Source of the DNA: Eledone cirrhosa
Taxonomy: Eukaryota
Direction: 5' to 3'
Length of the DNA stretch: 64,000 bases
NCBI GenBank assembly: GCA_964016885.1
Contig: OZ024758.1
Coordinates: forward strand, 33,170,001 to 33,234,000
Below are positions 51,938 through 63,565 of the stretch, piece after piece. A program made the position numbers and the translations under genes. Below the pieces are notes generated by a model. That model worked only from the letters and a program-made list of their open reading frames with translations. It was not told the origin of the DNA and searched no databases. Position 1 is the first letter of the stretch. Every line of letters begins with the position of its first letter.

Positions 51938-52319
51938 CTTAAAGTAAAAAGAAAAAAAAATTAATTACAAATTTAAAATAAAAGATTGCAATACATTTTC
52001 ATTTTCTCTTTCTACATTCAGTATAAGCTTCTTAAAAAGGCACAAGAATTCAAGCAACATTTCCTTTCCAGTACACAATTTTTAGATTATTTTTCTTACA
52101 TTTTTTCTTTCTACCATTACTATTTCTTTATTATATCCCTTTCATTTATCAAATAAAATTTAATCAGAGAAGGTAAAACTACATAAAGATTTTACAATCC
52201 AAGATTTGTTTGGTGAATCAAAATTCTTAAAAACTTGTAACTTTAGAAAGGATTATAAATATAGCAAAAAAAAAAAAGGAGTAAATTCTATCAGGAGGTA
52301 GAGGTGGAGTGAATGCATT

Positions 52320-52358
<39 letters not shown>

Positions 52359-52459
52359 TAGAATTATATTTAATATCAATCATCTATAACTTATATAACT
52401 ACAGTAAAGCACTATTATGATAGGCAATAGTATTGTGGCAAGTTCTATGGTGTTATTAA

Positions 52460-52733
52460 CCTCTTCAATGCTGTAGGGGAGATAACTTGTCCTAACATGC
52501 TTGAAATCCTTTCCAACAATTCATAACGTCAAAGTTATGAACTCGTTCCCAAAAGTTCATAACTTCAAAGTTATGAACTTGTTGTTCCAACAGTTCATTA
52601 CTTCAAAGCTAAATGAGGTTACTAGTTTATTGGTGTGACATTTGTCAATCAAAATAGTCATTTTACTAGGGAAACCCACCCACCCACTGGCACAGCAACT
52701 GTAGCTGTGTAAAATATATGGGCAGTCAATAGG
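52460..52733. mobile_element. piggyBac-type MITE
   Basis: TTAA|cctcttcaatgc ... gcagtcaatagg|TTAA; three internal quasi-palindromic ttcataacttcaaagttatgaa units. Confidence 0.7.
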
Positions 52734-52852
52734 TTAAATCAGCTGTGGTTTGATAAAGAGCTGATAGGTTGAAGCAGCAATGTATCAAGAAACTACTGAA
52801 CAAATGTTCATGCTCTATGCTTGTCAATGCTACTCTATGTTGACATCTGTGT

Positions 52853-53385
52853 GAAGGTGCTTGGTTTAGTGGTTAGGGTGTTCAGCTCATGATCGTCATG
52901 TCATGTATTCAACTCCCAACAATCCATTGTATCCTTGAACAAGAAATTCTATTTCACATTAACCACAATTCCCTCAACTGGCTAAAATGAGTAGTACCTG
53001 TAATTCAAAGAGCCAATCATTTCACATAATGTGTCACACTGAATTTCCCAGTGAATCACATTAACCCTTTACCATTTACATTACTCTATATTTATTATTA
53101 TATTTTCACGGTAGAGGTTTTACTTCACATAACAGTGAATCTATGAGATTTTGATATTTATTTTGAGAACAATACCTTAACGTCAGTATGGATGGGCGGT
53201 TACAGCTGGTTTGAACAGAAAAAGATGAGAGAATTCTGGCCAGATACACTCGGTTTGAATTCTAAAGGGTTTAGGGTACATGTGTACATAGAATGCTCAG
53301 CCACTTGCACATTCATTTTTAAAAAAAGGCTGTTCTGTTACTTGAATCAACTAGAACACTTGTCATTGTAACCAACAGTAGTCTG
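52853..53385 (+). mobile_element. Diverged tRNA/CORE-type SINE with a different tail, interrupted by a MITE
   Basis: A box tggtttagtggttag, CORE-like tgtatccttgaacaag..tatttcacat. Confidence 0.65.
53061..53273. mobile_element. piggyBac-type MITE nested in the SINE
   Basis: ttaaccctttaccatt ... aattctaaagggttta; homologous to 58762-59018. Confidence 0.75.
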
Positions 53386-53819
53386 ACCTCTGCTGACAAC
53401 TTGCACTAATGACCAAAATCATTGATAAGTTAGGCCAAATGTTTGCTGCATACAACGACTTCGATCAATGAACTTCTGTCTAAACGTACCAAGTTTTGCA
53501 TTAAATAATTTGTCTACTTTTGTTTATTAGTGGCTTAATGAGATGAGCAAGGGTAATGCCCATAACCATTTTCAGGGTCTCTGAGACTGGTGGGAAGAAG
53601 TTAATCTCAGATTGAATACTTGGCCTGAATGCTTGCATTGGAGTTAATTTCTATGAATGTCACTCAAGGTAAAAATAAACAAAGAAGGTAACATATTACA
53701 TCAACCATCCTGGTTACTCATACCCAGGACAGATCTTTCCAGAATTCTTTAACTCTCTTCCTTTTTCGTATGTTCAAAATTTGAGACATTGTGATACTGT
53801 TAGAAGTTAATATTATTAT

Positions 53820-53965
53820 TGTTCAAATCCCACCGAGGTTAGTTTTGCCTTTCATCCTTACAGGGTCGATAAAATTAAGTACCAGTAACACACTGGGGTC
53901 GATTTAATCAAATTTCCCCTTCCCCAAAATTATTGGCCTTGTACCTAAATCAGAAACCAATATTA
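53820..53965 (+). mobile_element. 5'-truncated SINE
   Basis: B box, central domain and 3' end. Confidence 0.85.
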
Positions 53966-54355
53966 TTATTGTTAAAAGAAGTAACCATATCTTTTTTACC
54001 AATCAATTTAAAATTGATTTATAATTTATTCAACAAAATGAATGATGCAATATTATTTTTCTTATATCATTCTAGAAAATATGATTATGTTGTAAACATG
54101 AAAATACTGATCATGATACTCAGAAAAAAATGTCCATGTAATCTTATATTTTCAACTTCAAAAATTCTCATTGCTTTAAAATGTTCATAATCAAATAATA
54201 TTGTTAAAACAATTGGTAAACACTTTCTTCCAATGAAAACCTAATTCCAATTTGCATAAAACCTATTTAATAATTATTTCCATTTCTAAAATAGATTTTT
54301 TTTTAAATGCAAAAAAAAACAAACTATTAAATGATTTTCACTGCAATGTTTTATA

Positions 54356-54792
54356 TGTTACATAACAAAAAACTGAGTCTCTGGACTTCCCTTCTGTTAC
54401 ATAACAAAATACTGAGTCTCTGGATACCCCTTGTGTTACATAACAAAATACTGAGTCTCTGGATTCCCCTTGTGTTACATAACAAAAAACTGAGTCTCTG
54501 GACTTCCCTTCTGTTACATAACAAAATACTGAGTCTCTGGATTCCCCTTGTGTTACATAACAAAATACTGAGTCTCTGGATTCCCCTTGATGTGTTGCAT
54601 AACAAAAAACTGAGTCTCTGGATTCCCCTTGTTGTGTTACCTAACAAAAGACTGGGTCTCTGGATTCCCCTTGTGTTACATAACAAAAAACCGAGTCTCT
54701 GGATTCCCCTTGTATTACATAGCAAAAGACTGAGTCTCTGTACTTCCCTTGTGTTACATAACAAAAAACCGAGTCTCTGGATTCCCCTTGTG
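54356..54792. repeat. 39-bp minisatellite (gttacataacaaaatactgagtctctggattccccttgt), ~11 copies
   Basis: Tandem periodicity. Confidence 0.95.
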
Positions 54793-55710
54793 CATTCTTT
54801 GAATTCCTTTAAATGTCGCTGGGTTTCAAAATAAAAATAAGAAACATTTTTTTTTTCCCTACTAAAAACAGGTGTAGGCTTGTCTATCTTAGATGATGAC
54901 TTCCTCAACACATTCTTTAGCAAACTTTACTTTCAAAGAAAATCTCTCAGCATCTTTGAAGTTCTTATCGGAAAATGTTAATAACGATCCAACTGAAGTG
55001 CTTCAGACATATGTTATCCCCATTATGAAAGATGTTAATAAACAAGATCTAGCTCCTTCAAAACAGCATTAGTCCTCTTAAAAACCTAACCTATAGTCTA
55101 AATAGAAATGTTCTGCGTTCAGAGTTTGGAACAATCTTCTGAACTTTGAATTACCTTCGATAGAATTATCTCTGGCAATTGAACTATCAAAGAATCAATT
55201 GAATAACTTCTTATGAAATTCTCTGAGTTCCAATGAACCATAATTTAATTCTTCTGATTTCTCTTTGAGATAAAAATATTTTTTTATAAAACTATAGTTT
55301 AAAATATGAATTTACATGGGAATGGAAAAAAGCCTAATTTGATTGTCAATACCAAATTTGATACATATATTTATTATTGAAATTCCACTAAGATAGTCTT
55401 CACCTCTAAATTTGTTGATACATCTAGCAGTGAACTCTTCAGTTCAAGGAGATTAATGATACAGATTATTGTAATTTTAGTGTGTATTATTTACAGACAT
55501 GAGAAAGGGTACCCTATACCAAAGTAGAGATTTATATACATTTAAGGCAGCTGCGGCTTTTTATTCTAAAGTTTCACCTGCGCACTCACAGGATCATCAC
55601 ACTAACTTGTCTGATAATCCTGCGAGTGCACAGATGAAACTCCAGAGTAAAAAGGTTCACTACTTAGCCATATTAAATGAATATTATATCTGCCATCTTG
55701 GATATATATA

Positions 55711-56150
55711 TCATCATCATCATCATCGTTTAATGTCCATCTTCCACGCTAGCATGGGTTTGGACGGAAATTTTCCCACTTGAGGCAAGATTGGTTGACT
55801 TGCTTGTATAGGACTGTCTAGCTGGTTTTCTACGGCTGGATGCCCTTCCTAACACCAACCACATTTACAGTGTGGACTGGGAGGTGTTTACTGTGTTACC
55901 TACAGCGTGGACTGTGTGTTTTTGTGTCGTGACACCTACACGACCTCATTTGTTTCGAACTGGATGTTGTGGTACCAACATAACTTTACATTGAAAGGGG
56001 TGGTGTGGATGGGATGGGGTAGTGGGATGGGGGTGTATTTTGTTAGAGGTGCCTACTGACTGTAGTAGTTTCACTTTGTACTTAGGCAAGGCGGGTCTTC
56101 TGTATTACTGTGTAGCGCCAAAGATCTCGGTCCAGTGACATTGTCTTGGA
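55711..56150 (-). mobile_element. 3' UTR/tail of an RTE-type element
   Basis: Reverse complement is homologous to 62910-63292 and ends ccatgctagcgtggaagatggacattaaac(gat)n. Confidence 0.82.
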
Positions 56151-56299
56151 GAAGTGTAAGTGTATATATATATATATATCAGACCTGTCAACTCTCCCCA
56201 TCTGATGGGGAGATCTCCCACCCACTTTAGGTTGAGCGAGAGGTGCCTTCTCTTGTGAAAATTGGTATAGCTTTCATTATGTAAACTCTCCCCATTTTA

Positions 56300-56840
56300 C
56301 CTAAGGACGGGTTGAAAGAAGTTTAGGGAGCTGCTTCCTCTGTTGACAAAGAAGAGTTTCTCCCTGCGTACGAAAGGACGGTTATATGATGCCTGTGTGA
56401 GATGCGCGATGCTGCCTGGTAGTGAGACATGGGCAGCAGCTACAGAGGATATGCGACAGCTGGAGAGAAATGAAGCAGCCATGCTCTGTTGGATGTGCAA
56501 TGTCAGTGTGCGTGAACGACCAAGCATAGTCAAGTTGAGAGGGAAATAGGGTATAAGAGGGATAAGTTGTGGTGTGCAGACTGAAATAGTATTGACATGT
56601 GATGCGCATGGAGGATGGCCGGTGGGTGAAGAGGTACCAGGAAATCCCAGTGGAAGGAAGACGCAATAGAGGAAGACCACGAAAAACATGGGCGGAGGTG
56701 GTGAGAGCAGACCTCAGATTGCTGAAACTCATGGAGGAGATGACGAAGGACCGTGACAAGTGGAGAGATGCTGTGCTGAATAGGACCCATCCAACCCTGG
56801 CAAGCAGGGAAAAGCGGACGTAAACTGATGATAATGATGA
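56300..56840 (+). mobile_element. RTE-clade LINE 3' fragment (pseudogene)
   Basis: RTG*KKFRELLPLL..KGRLYDACVRCAMLPGSETWA..GRRNRGRPRKTWAEVV..DRDKWR, then the tail. Confidence 0.9.
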
Positions 56841-56896
56841 ACATCACTATCATCATCATCATCATTTTACGTCCGCTTTTCCCTGCTTGATGATGA

Positions 56897-56933
<37 letters not shown>

Positions 56934-56934
56934 G

Positions 56935-56967
<33 letters not shown>

Positions 56968-56978
56968 GTATACATGAA

Positions 56979-57410
56979 TGTATGTATAGTATATTTGGCA
57001 ATATACCGTATGTTTAATTAAAAACATTTAGAAGGCCATTCGCTATGAGTTTTAAAGTAGTGTCTATGTCACTTATTCTCGGCAAATAACAACAGAGAGT
57101 GATTGACAGTGTCTGTTTGTCGCTTGTGAGCGTTTATCAAGACCATACACTCAGTTGTCTTTACCAAGAATTATAGAATTCCAATAATAATCAGGAGCTG
57201 ATTAAACAGAGCGATTGCCAGTCCAGCAAAAATTAGGTATTAGTATTGAGTGTATGTATAGTATATTTGACAATATACCGTATGTTTAATTAAAAACATG
57301 TTTTTGCTGAGAATAAGTGACATAGTCACTACTTTAAAACTCATAGTGAATGGTCTTCAAAATAGTTTTAATTAAACATATAGTATATTGCCAAATATAC
57401 TATACATAGA
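56979..57410. mobile_element. Foldback/MITE with ~110-bp terminal inverted repeats
   Basis: 56979-57087 is the reverse complement of 57303-57410; an extra direct copy of the left 45 bp lies at 57252-57298. Confidence 0.85.
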
Positions 57411-57954
57411 TTTATGTATACATCACTATTTCAGAGCACCAATACTAATATATACATATATATCGGTCTAACCAATGCTAGCATGGAAAATAAAAATTAA
57501 ATGATGAATATGATGACGATGATGATTACAATTTCATTTACAAAAAGGTACTCATGTTTAAAGTAATTTTACTACCACCTTGGCTTTTGTTTAACTTTTC
57601 TTATTGGACAAAAATTTATATTTTTAATAATTTATCAAATCTGTATTTGATTTTATTGTACGCAGGTCTTCAAATACCAGAAGCCTTGAAAAATTTGCTG
57701 CTGACATTATTCAAATTAAAAAGATATGAAATGGAATACGTTAATGGATACACATATTCATATATATATATATTCTATAAATTGTATTTATCTAGATGTT
57801 ATAGTGAATATGAATATGTCATGTATCCTCTAGAATTTCCATGGGTCCAACTTGTTTATATTCACTGTTATAAACAATATTAACATGAAATTAATTGGCT
57901 TCAAATTATTATCTATTAGATTTATTAAAGCTTATCTTATTCCAAAATTATTTA

Positions 57955-58290
57955 TATGAAAAAAACTTTATCTTATATTCTGCTTGCATTTAAAAGTAAT
58001 TCAGCAATAAATTTCTCATATGCATACTGCATTTCAGATTTTGTTGCTGTACAGTGGGACAAAGAATCTTTAGAGCTTCTCACATCTAGATGAGCTTCTC
58101 AGTTTTTTCCCTTCAGGATTTCCTTCATTCTTTTCTAGTTTATAGTTTGCATCAGTAAAAGTTTGATATATTTCCAACCACTGGCATCATAGCTTCCATT
58201 TTTACTTTGTCATCAATAGCCAATCAATTTTCAAACTCTTCTTTATGCATATCATATGGGATTCTATCAAGAAATTGTATTTTTATTGGA
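57955..58290 (-). pseudogene. Possible decayed pogo/Tigger-like transposase C-terminus
   Basis: Minus-strand KEEFEN*LAIDDKV and a KQ..FF-like end; very degenerate. Confidence 0.3.
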
Positions 58291-58761
58291 AAAGTTTATA
58301 TGAAAAATGGTTTCTGATTTAGGCCCAAGGCCAACATATTTTTTGCGGGGGAGGGGGATGGTTAAACTGACACTAGTGCATTACTGTCAATCTACCACTC
58401 TTATAAAATCAGGTAAAAACCCCTAAAAATGGGGAAAATGTTCCCATTAGCCGCTACAAAGAATCAAATTCCATATGTCCCAGAATATAGATGTTTGAGG
58501 GGATGAGTATGAATGAAAGGGTATATAACTTCTTTAGTGCATATGGTTGAAAATCTATGTCAAAGATAGTGGCTGAATAGCCACATTCAGAAAAAGAAGA
58601 CAAACTTGTTTTCAAATTTATCCATAGGAGTAGAAGTCTTTGTAGTGATGATAAAAGAGACAGAAAGAAGAAACAGTACAAGTGTGAGCTGATGTTTTTA
58701 ACATGTTACTACGTGAATATTTGTCAATTAACTAGAAATGTCTATGATGTTTTGTGTGTAG

Positions 58762-59018
58762 CTAACCCTGTTACTATTTCTAACATGGGACTGAATCAAC
58801 TGATCAAGGCTGATAAATGTTATGCCTTTGCATTACTCTATATTTACTATGGTATTTTCATGGTAAACACTTTATCTCACATAATATCGAATCTATGAGA
58901 TTTTGATGTTATTTATTTTGAGAACAATATCTTAACATCAGTATGAGTGGCCAGTTATGGTTGGTTTGAACAAAAAGTGGTAAGAGACTTCTGGCCGGTT
59001 TAAATGCTAAAGGGTTAA
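58762..59018. mobile_element. piggyBac-type MITE
   Basis: Ends aatgctaaagggTTAA; internal gaatctatgagattttgat..ttttgagaacaat is shared with 53061-53273. Confidence 0.75.
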
Positions 59019-59209
59019 GGACCAAATCTGGAATATACTTTACCAATGTTACATATGTATGGTTCTCATAAAATATCACCATAGATTGTGGGGCATGTTT
59101 GAGGTTTTTAACTATGTATTATTGTCCATGTATAATATGAATTTAGTGTAAGCTGTTTGTTTATATATATATATACATATGTGTCTGTGTGTGTGTGTAT
59201 ATATATAGT

Positions 59210-59930
59210 GATTTTGTCATGTCATTAAAGAATGTTGTTGAGATGTATGTCAATGGAAGCAGTGCTAGTTTAGGTTGTGTGTAGATGACACCTTTGTGTG
59301 AAAGATTAAATGGGAGTGAAGAGTTGTATGATTCAATTTGTATATTTCAGTTGTGAAATATTCAGTTAGAAGAAAGAATGATAAGGTCAATAACATACAG
59401 AAGGAAGAGTGTGGAAAAGATAACAACCATAAGAAACAACAGAGTTGACAGAATGTGGGTGAGAGAGGACTCTATCAATGCATGTTAAAATAGAGTGGTC
59501 TAAAAGAAACTTTCCATTCAGATGTGAGATGGATGGTGTGGTGTTCATAAGTGGATAATTTAGCTGGGAAGTTTATATGCCAGACACAGCATTTTTGATG
59601 TCAAGGGCAACAATATTGCTTTCACAAAACATCTCAAAAGGAAGAGCCCCCTGGTATGGATATAGGAGACCAAGCTTCCAGTAGATTTCACTCTATGATC
59701 TCCATACTGGGTCACTGAAAAGATAGCAACTCAAGCTTATAAAAATGGTGGTTGTTTTCAAATGTTTCCATCACCTTTGAATTGTGGAAAATTATAGTAT
59801 TTGGAGAGTGATTGGCAGTGTCAAATGAGACACACAAAATAAGAGTAAAATTAAAGTATTTGGAGAGTACAAGTTAGTTCTATGTGTGACACATGCCATA
59901 CATCAACCAAATTCTTCCTATAGCTAATAC
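59210..59930 (-). mobile_element. Old CR1/Jockey-like LINE RT fragment
   Basis: Minus-strand VALDIKNA..VWH..KLSTY, W..SFL, HSVNS..TLFLL..IDL remnants across frames. Confidence 0.6.
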
Positions 59931-60104
59931 TTGTTTTCAAACACTATCATTGAAATTTAGATAACAATGAATTTTAGAAATATCTTGCATATTTTTACTA
60001 TTTCCAGCTTACAGATTCTATTTGAAAAGTGTGTGTAAGCTGCTAAATTTATTCGTCTGAACACAGTAGAATGCATTTAAACTTCTTAGTATGTATGTAT
60101 GGTC

Positions 60105-60360
60105 CGATAACTCCTGGGGGAGTTGTGGGGTGCTGTACAGACATACAGTGTTTCTAGGGCATTTTTTTAAAAAACTGGCAAAGTCCATCTCCTCTCCAGG
60201 TTTGAATACAGCAGATTTCTTTCAGAGAGAGAATGGAAGGGAGAAAGAGACACATGGAAAAATCAACCCCAGTACTAGACTGGTACTTTTTTTTATCAAC
60301 CTCAAAAGGATGAAAGGCAAAGTTGACCTTGGAGGGATTTGAACTCAAAGAGCAGAGAGT
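60105..60360 (-). mobile_element. SINE, long-tail subfamily
   Basis: Homologous to 50430-50745. Confidence 0.82.
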
Positions 60361-60502
60361 CTAATGACTTTGCTAATTATCCCCCTTAAACTTCTTAGTA
60401 GTAAAAAGTAAAAAGCAGTGATAAAAATTTCAGAGTTGTTTCCTCTGCGAATTATTCAACTGAATGTAAAAGAAAAAAATAATAATAATATTAAATAAAT
60501 AA

Positions 60503-60680
60503 ATAATTGTTTCTACTTTAGGCACAAGGCCAGCAATTACCCAGTGCATTACTGGTACTTTATTTTATCGACCCTGTAAGGATGAAAGGCAAAGTCAACC
60601 TCGGCGGGATTTGAACTCAGATCGTAAAGGGACGTAACTATGCTGGAAAGCATGGCGTCCGACTCTCTACCGATACTGCA
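60503..60680 (-). mobile_element. SINE
   Basis: Nearly identical to 24557-24750. Confidence 0.88.
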
Positions 60681-60982
60681 ATGATGTCTAATCCATGCTA
60701 GCATGGATTAGACATAAAACGATGATGATGATGATGGAGTCTCTTGTTGAGATGAGGCGAAAGTATATTAAAATTCATACAAAATTGAAAAAAATGAACA
60801 CTAGCTGTTAAAAGAGCGAAATGCCACTAAAGACAGCGGTGGGCAAACATGCAGAGAGTGAATCCACGAGATGGGTGACAGGCAGATGAAACGTAAAAAA
60901 GATTGAGAAAGAAAAGGTGTATAGGCACACATAAGTGACTGTAAGAAGGAAATAAAGAAAACCGCGCACCCCCCCCCCCCCC

Positions 60983-61185
60983 ACTTTAGGCACAAGGTCA
61001 GCAATTTTGGAGGAGAAGTCGATTAAATCGACCCCAGTACATTACTGGTACTTTATTTTATTGACCCTGTAAGGATGTAAGGCAAAGCTAACCGTAGCAG
61101 GATTTGAACTCATAATGTAAAGGGCCATAACTATGCTGCAAAGCATGGTGTCCGATACTCTACCAATACTACCACTCTACCACCC
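60983..61185 (-). mobile_element. SINE
   Basis: Same family. Confidence 0.85.
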
Positions 61186-61464
61186 TTCTTCACCCTCAGC
61201 TATTCTATGAAATATTACAGTATGTGACACTAATTCAATAATCAAAGAAGTACTTGAAGTGAAATTGAAGAGCAGTAGTGCAGCTATTGTCTGTAACATC
61301 AATAATTCAACTGAGATAAATCTTCAATTAGCTACAAAACTAATTCTCAGGGGGAGGGGAGGGGGGGGGGATTACAATTCAGCTGATAAATAAAATTTCA
61401 ACATGTCATATCACCATAAAATCTTCACAATACAACAGACAATATATTGTATTATCGTCATTCA

Positions 61465-61628
61465 TGTCTTCTGCTTCCCACCAGATCATCCTTCGAGGGC
61501 CTTACTCCCATCTGACGCATCAGCTACAGGCTGAAAGAAGCTCTGTAGCAGGCCCCTGTACCAGATGGCTGGATGTGCTTAAGGAAGATCTCCAGAGGCT
61601 TGATGTCACCTTAGAGGGTGCAGAGGTG
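61465..61628 (+). mobile_element. Short RTE-like LINE C-terminal fragment
   Basis: PPDHPSRA..PCTRWLDVLKEDLQRL resembles the RTE GRP..W.D.L..DL motif. Confidence 0.55.
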
Positions 61629-61971
61629 AGAGAATTCTGGCTGGGGGCACAAAATAAAAAAAGATCTGACTAGTTCTTAGAAAACTTTCAATTACATATA
61701 ATAAAGATCATGATCCACTATATTGGAACCAAATTCAGTCAGGAGAATAACTCGTTTAGTAAAGGTTACCTTTATTTCCAGTTGATGTAATTAATAGACC
61801 ATGTGACCACCATTAAATATACAATTATCCTCCCCCACCGCTGCTGCCACTGTTACTATAAATTAATATGAAGAGGTATGACTTCTAACGGAGAAGGAGA
61901 ATTTGAAATATATATACATATATATATCATCATCATCACTTTACATCAGTTTTCCCTGCTTGCAAGGGTGG

Positions 61972-62024
<53 letters not shown>

Positions 62025-62157
62025 CAAAGGGATATTTAATTTGTTGGTAATTCAACAAATATAAATGTTTATAACAGATTCGAAGCACTCGACAAGTTTT
62101 CTGGAGTATAATATCAATGATATTAATAAATGGAAGCTATATTTATAAAACCATATT

Positions 62158-62218
62158 TATTCTATTATATATATTTCAAGTTTGCCAAAACTTTGGTACG
62201 CTCTCATCAGATAAAATA
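62158..62218 (-). ncRNA. Type I hammerhead ribozyme
   Basis: tattttat-CTGATGA-gagcgtaccaaagttttggcaaactt-GAAA-tatata-TA-atagaata. Confidence 0.78.
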
Positions 62219-62365
62219 TAGAGCTTGTTTTATAAATATTGACATATCCAGGAATGAGATCTTAATGGTTCAAGTTTTACCTGGATAGTATCTGACTATC
62301 CAGGTAAAACTTGAACCATTAAGGTCTCATTTCTAGATATGTCAATATTTATAAAACAAGCTCTA

Positions 62366-62426
62366 TATTTTATCTGATGAGAGCGTACCAAAGTTTTGGC
62401 AAACTTGAAATATATATAATAGAATA
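62366..62426 (+). ncRNA. Type I hammerhead ribozyme
   Basis: Identical motif on the plus strand. Confidence 0.78.
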
Positions 62427-62469
62427 AATATGGTTTTATAAATGTAGTTTCCATTTATTAATATCATTG

Positions 62470-62529
<60 letters not shown>

Positions 62530-62531
62530 AC

Positions 62532-63292
62532 AGTAGCCAGAGTTAGAACAGGATGGAAAAAGTTCAGATAGCTAATACCGCTGTTGGCCACAAATGGTTT
62601 CTCTCTAAAAATGAAAGGCAGATTGTATGATGTCTGTATACGAACAGCAATGTTACTTGGCAGTGAGATGTCGGCATTGTGTGCAGAGGACTTGCGCAGA
62701 TTGGAAAGGAACGAAGTATGCATACTCCGTTGGATGTTATAGTAATATACACGAACGGCAAAACATAAACGAACTTGTTTACGTTGGTATGGTCATGTGA
62801 TGCACATGAAAGGCGACAGCTTGTATAAAAAAGTGCAGGGCGACCAAGATTGATGGTAGTTACGGAGTAGGTAGACCCAGAAAAATCTGGGATGACCTTG
62901 CACACTTACAACGTCACTGGATCAAGGCCTTTGGTGCCACGCAGTAATACAGAAGACCCCCCTTTCCTACATACAAAGTTAACCTACAATCAGTAGGCAC
63001 CTCTTAACCACTATCCCTACTCCATCCTCCCACTCCCACCAACACCACCCTTTCTCTGTAAAGTTATGTTGGTACCACAACATCCAGTCCAAACTAAAGA
63101 GGTTGTGTAGGTGTCACAACAAAAAACAGCCAGTCCAAGCTGTAAAGTGGTTGGTGTTAGGAAGGGCATCCAGCCATAGAAAACCTGCTAGATAAAGTCC
63201 TATACGAGCAAGACAAGGTCACCAGATCAATCTAACCTCAATTCCTATGTAACCCATGCTAGCGTGGAAGATGGACGTTAAATTATGATGAT
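62532..63292 (+). mobile_element. RTE-clade LINE 3' fragment with long 3' UTR and (tga)n tail
   Basis: ARVRTGWKKFR*LIPLL..KGRLYDVCIRTAMLLGSE..WYGHVMHM..GVGRPRK, then the UTR shared with the SINE tail. Confidence 0.87.
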
Positions 63293-63330
63293 CATATATA
63301 TATATGTGTGTGTGTGTGTATGTGTTTCTT

Positions 63331-63365
<35 letters not shown>

Positions 63366-63565
63366 GCGAACACATACACAAACATATGCACGCGCATATG
63401 AGCAAGACACGGTCACCTGACTCAACTTACCACAAATGGGACAACCCTTCTAACCCATGCTAGCATAGAAAATAAATGTTAAATGATGACACACACACAC
63501 ACACATACACACATACAAGTACACAAATATATATGGGTGTGTGTGTGCGTGTGTGTGTGCAAACA

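Larger units (their letters stand above)
62022..62472. mobile_element. Non-autonomous PLE-derived palindromic element (two inverted pLTR ends) in (TA)n
   Basis: 62113-62289 and 62295-62472 are near-perfect inverted repeats; homologous to PLE pLTR 22585-22806. Confidence 0.9.

Noticed and set aside
54331-54923. 167/190-aa repeat-protein ORFs
   Set aside because: A 39-bp minisatellite open on both strands by chance.
56178-56296. Possible hAT-like terminus (cagacctgtcaactctccc)
   Set aside because: No partner TIR or TSD found; too weak to call.
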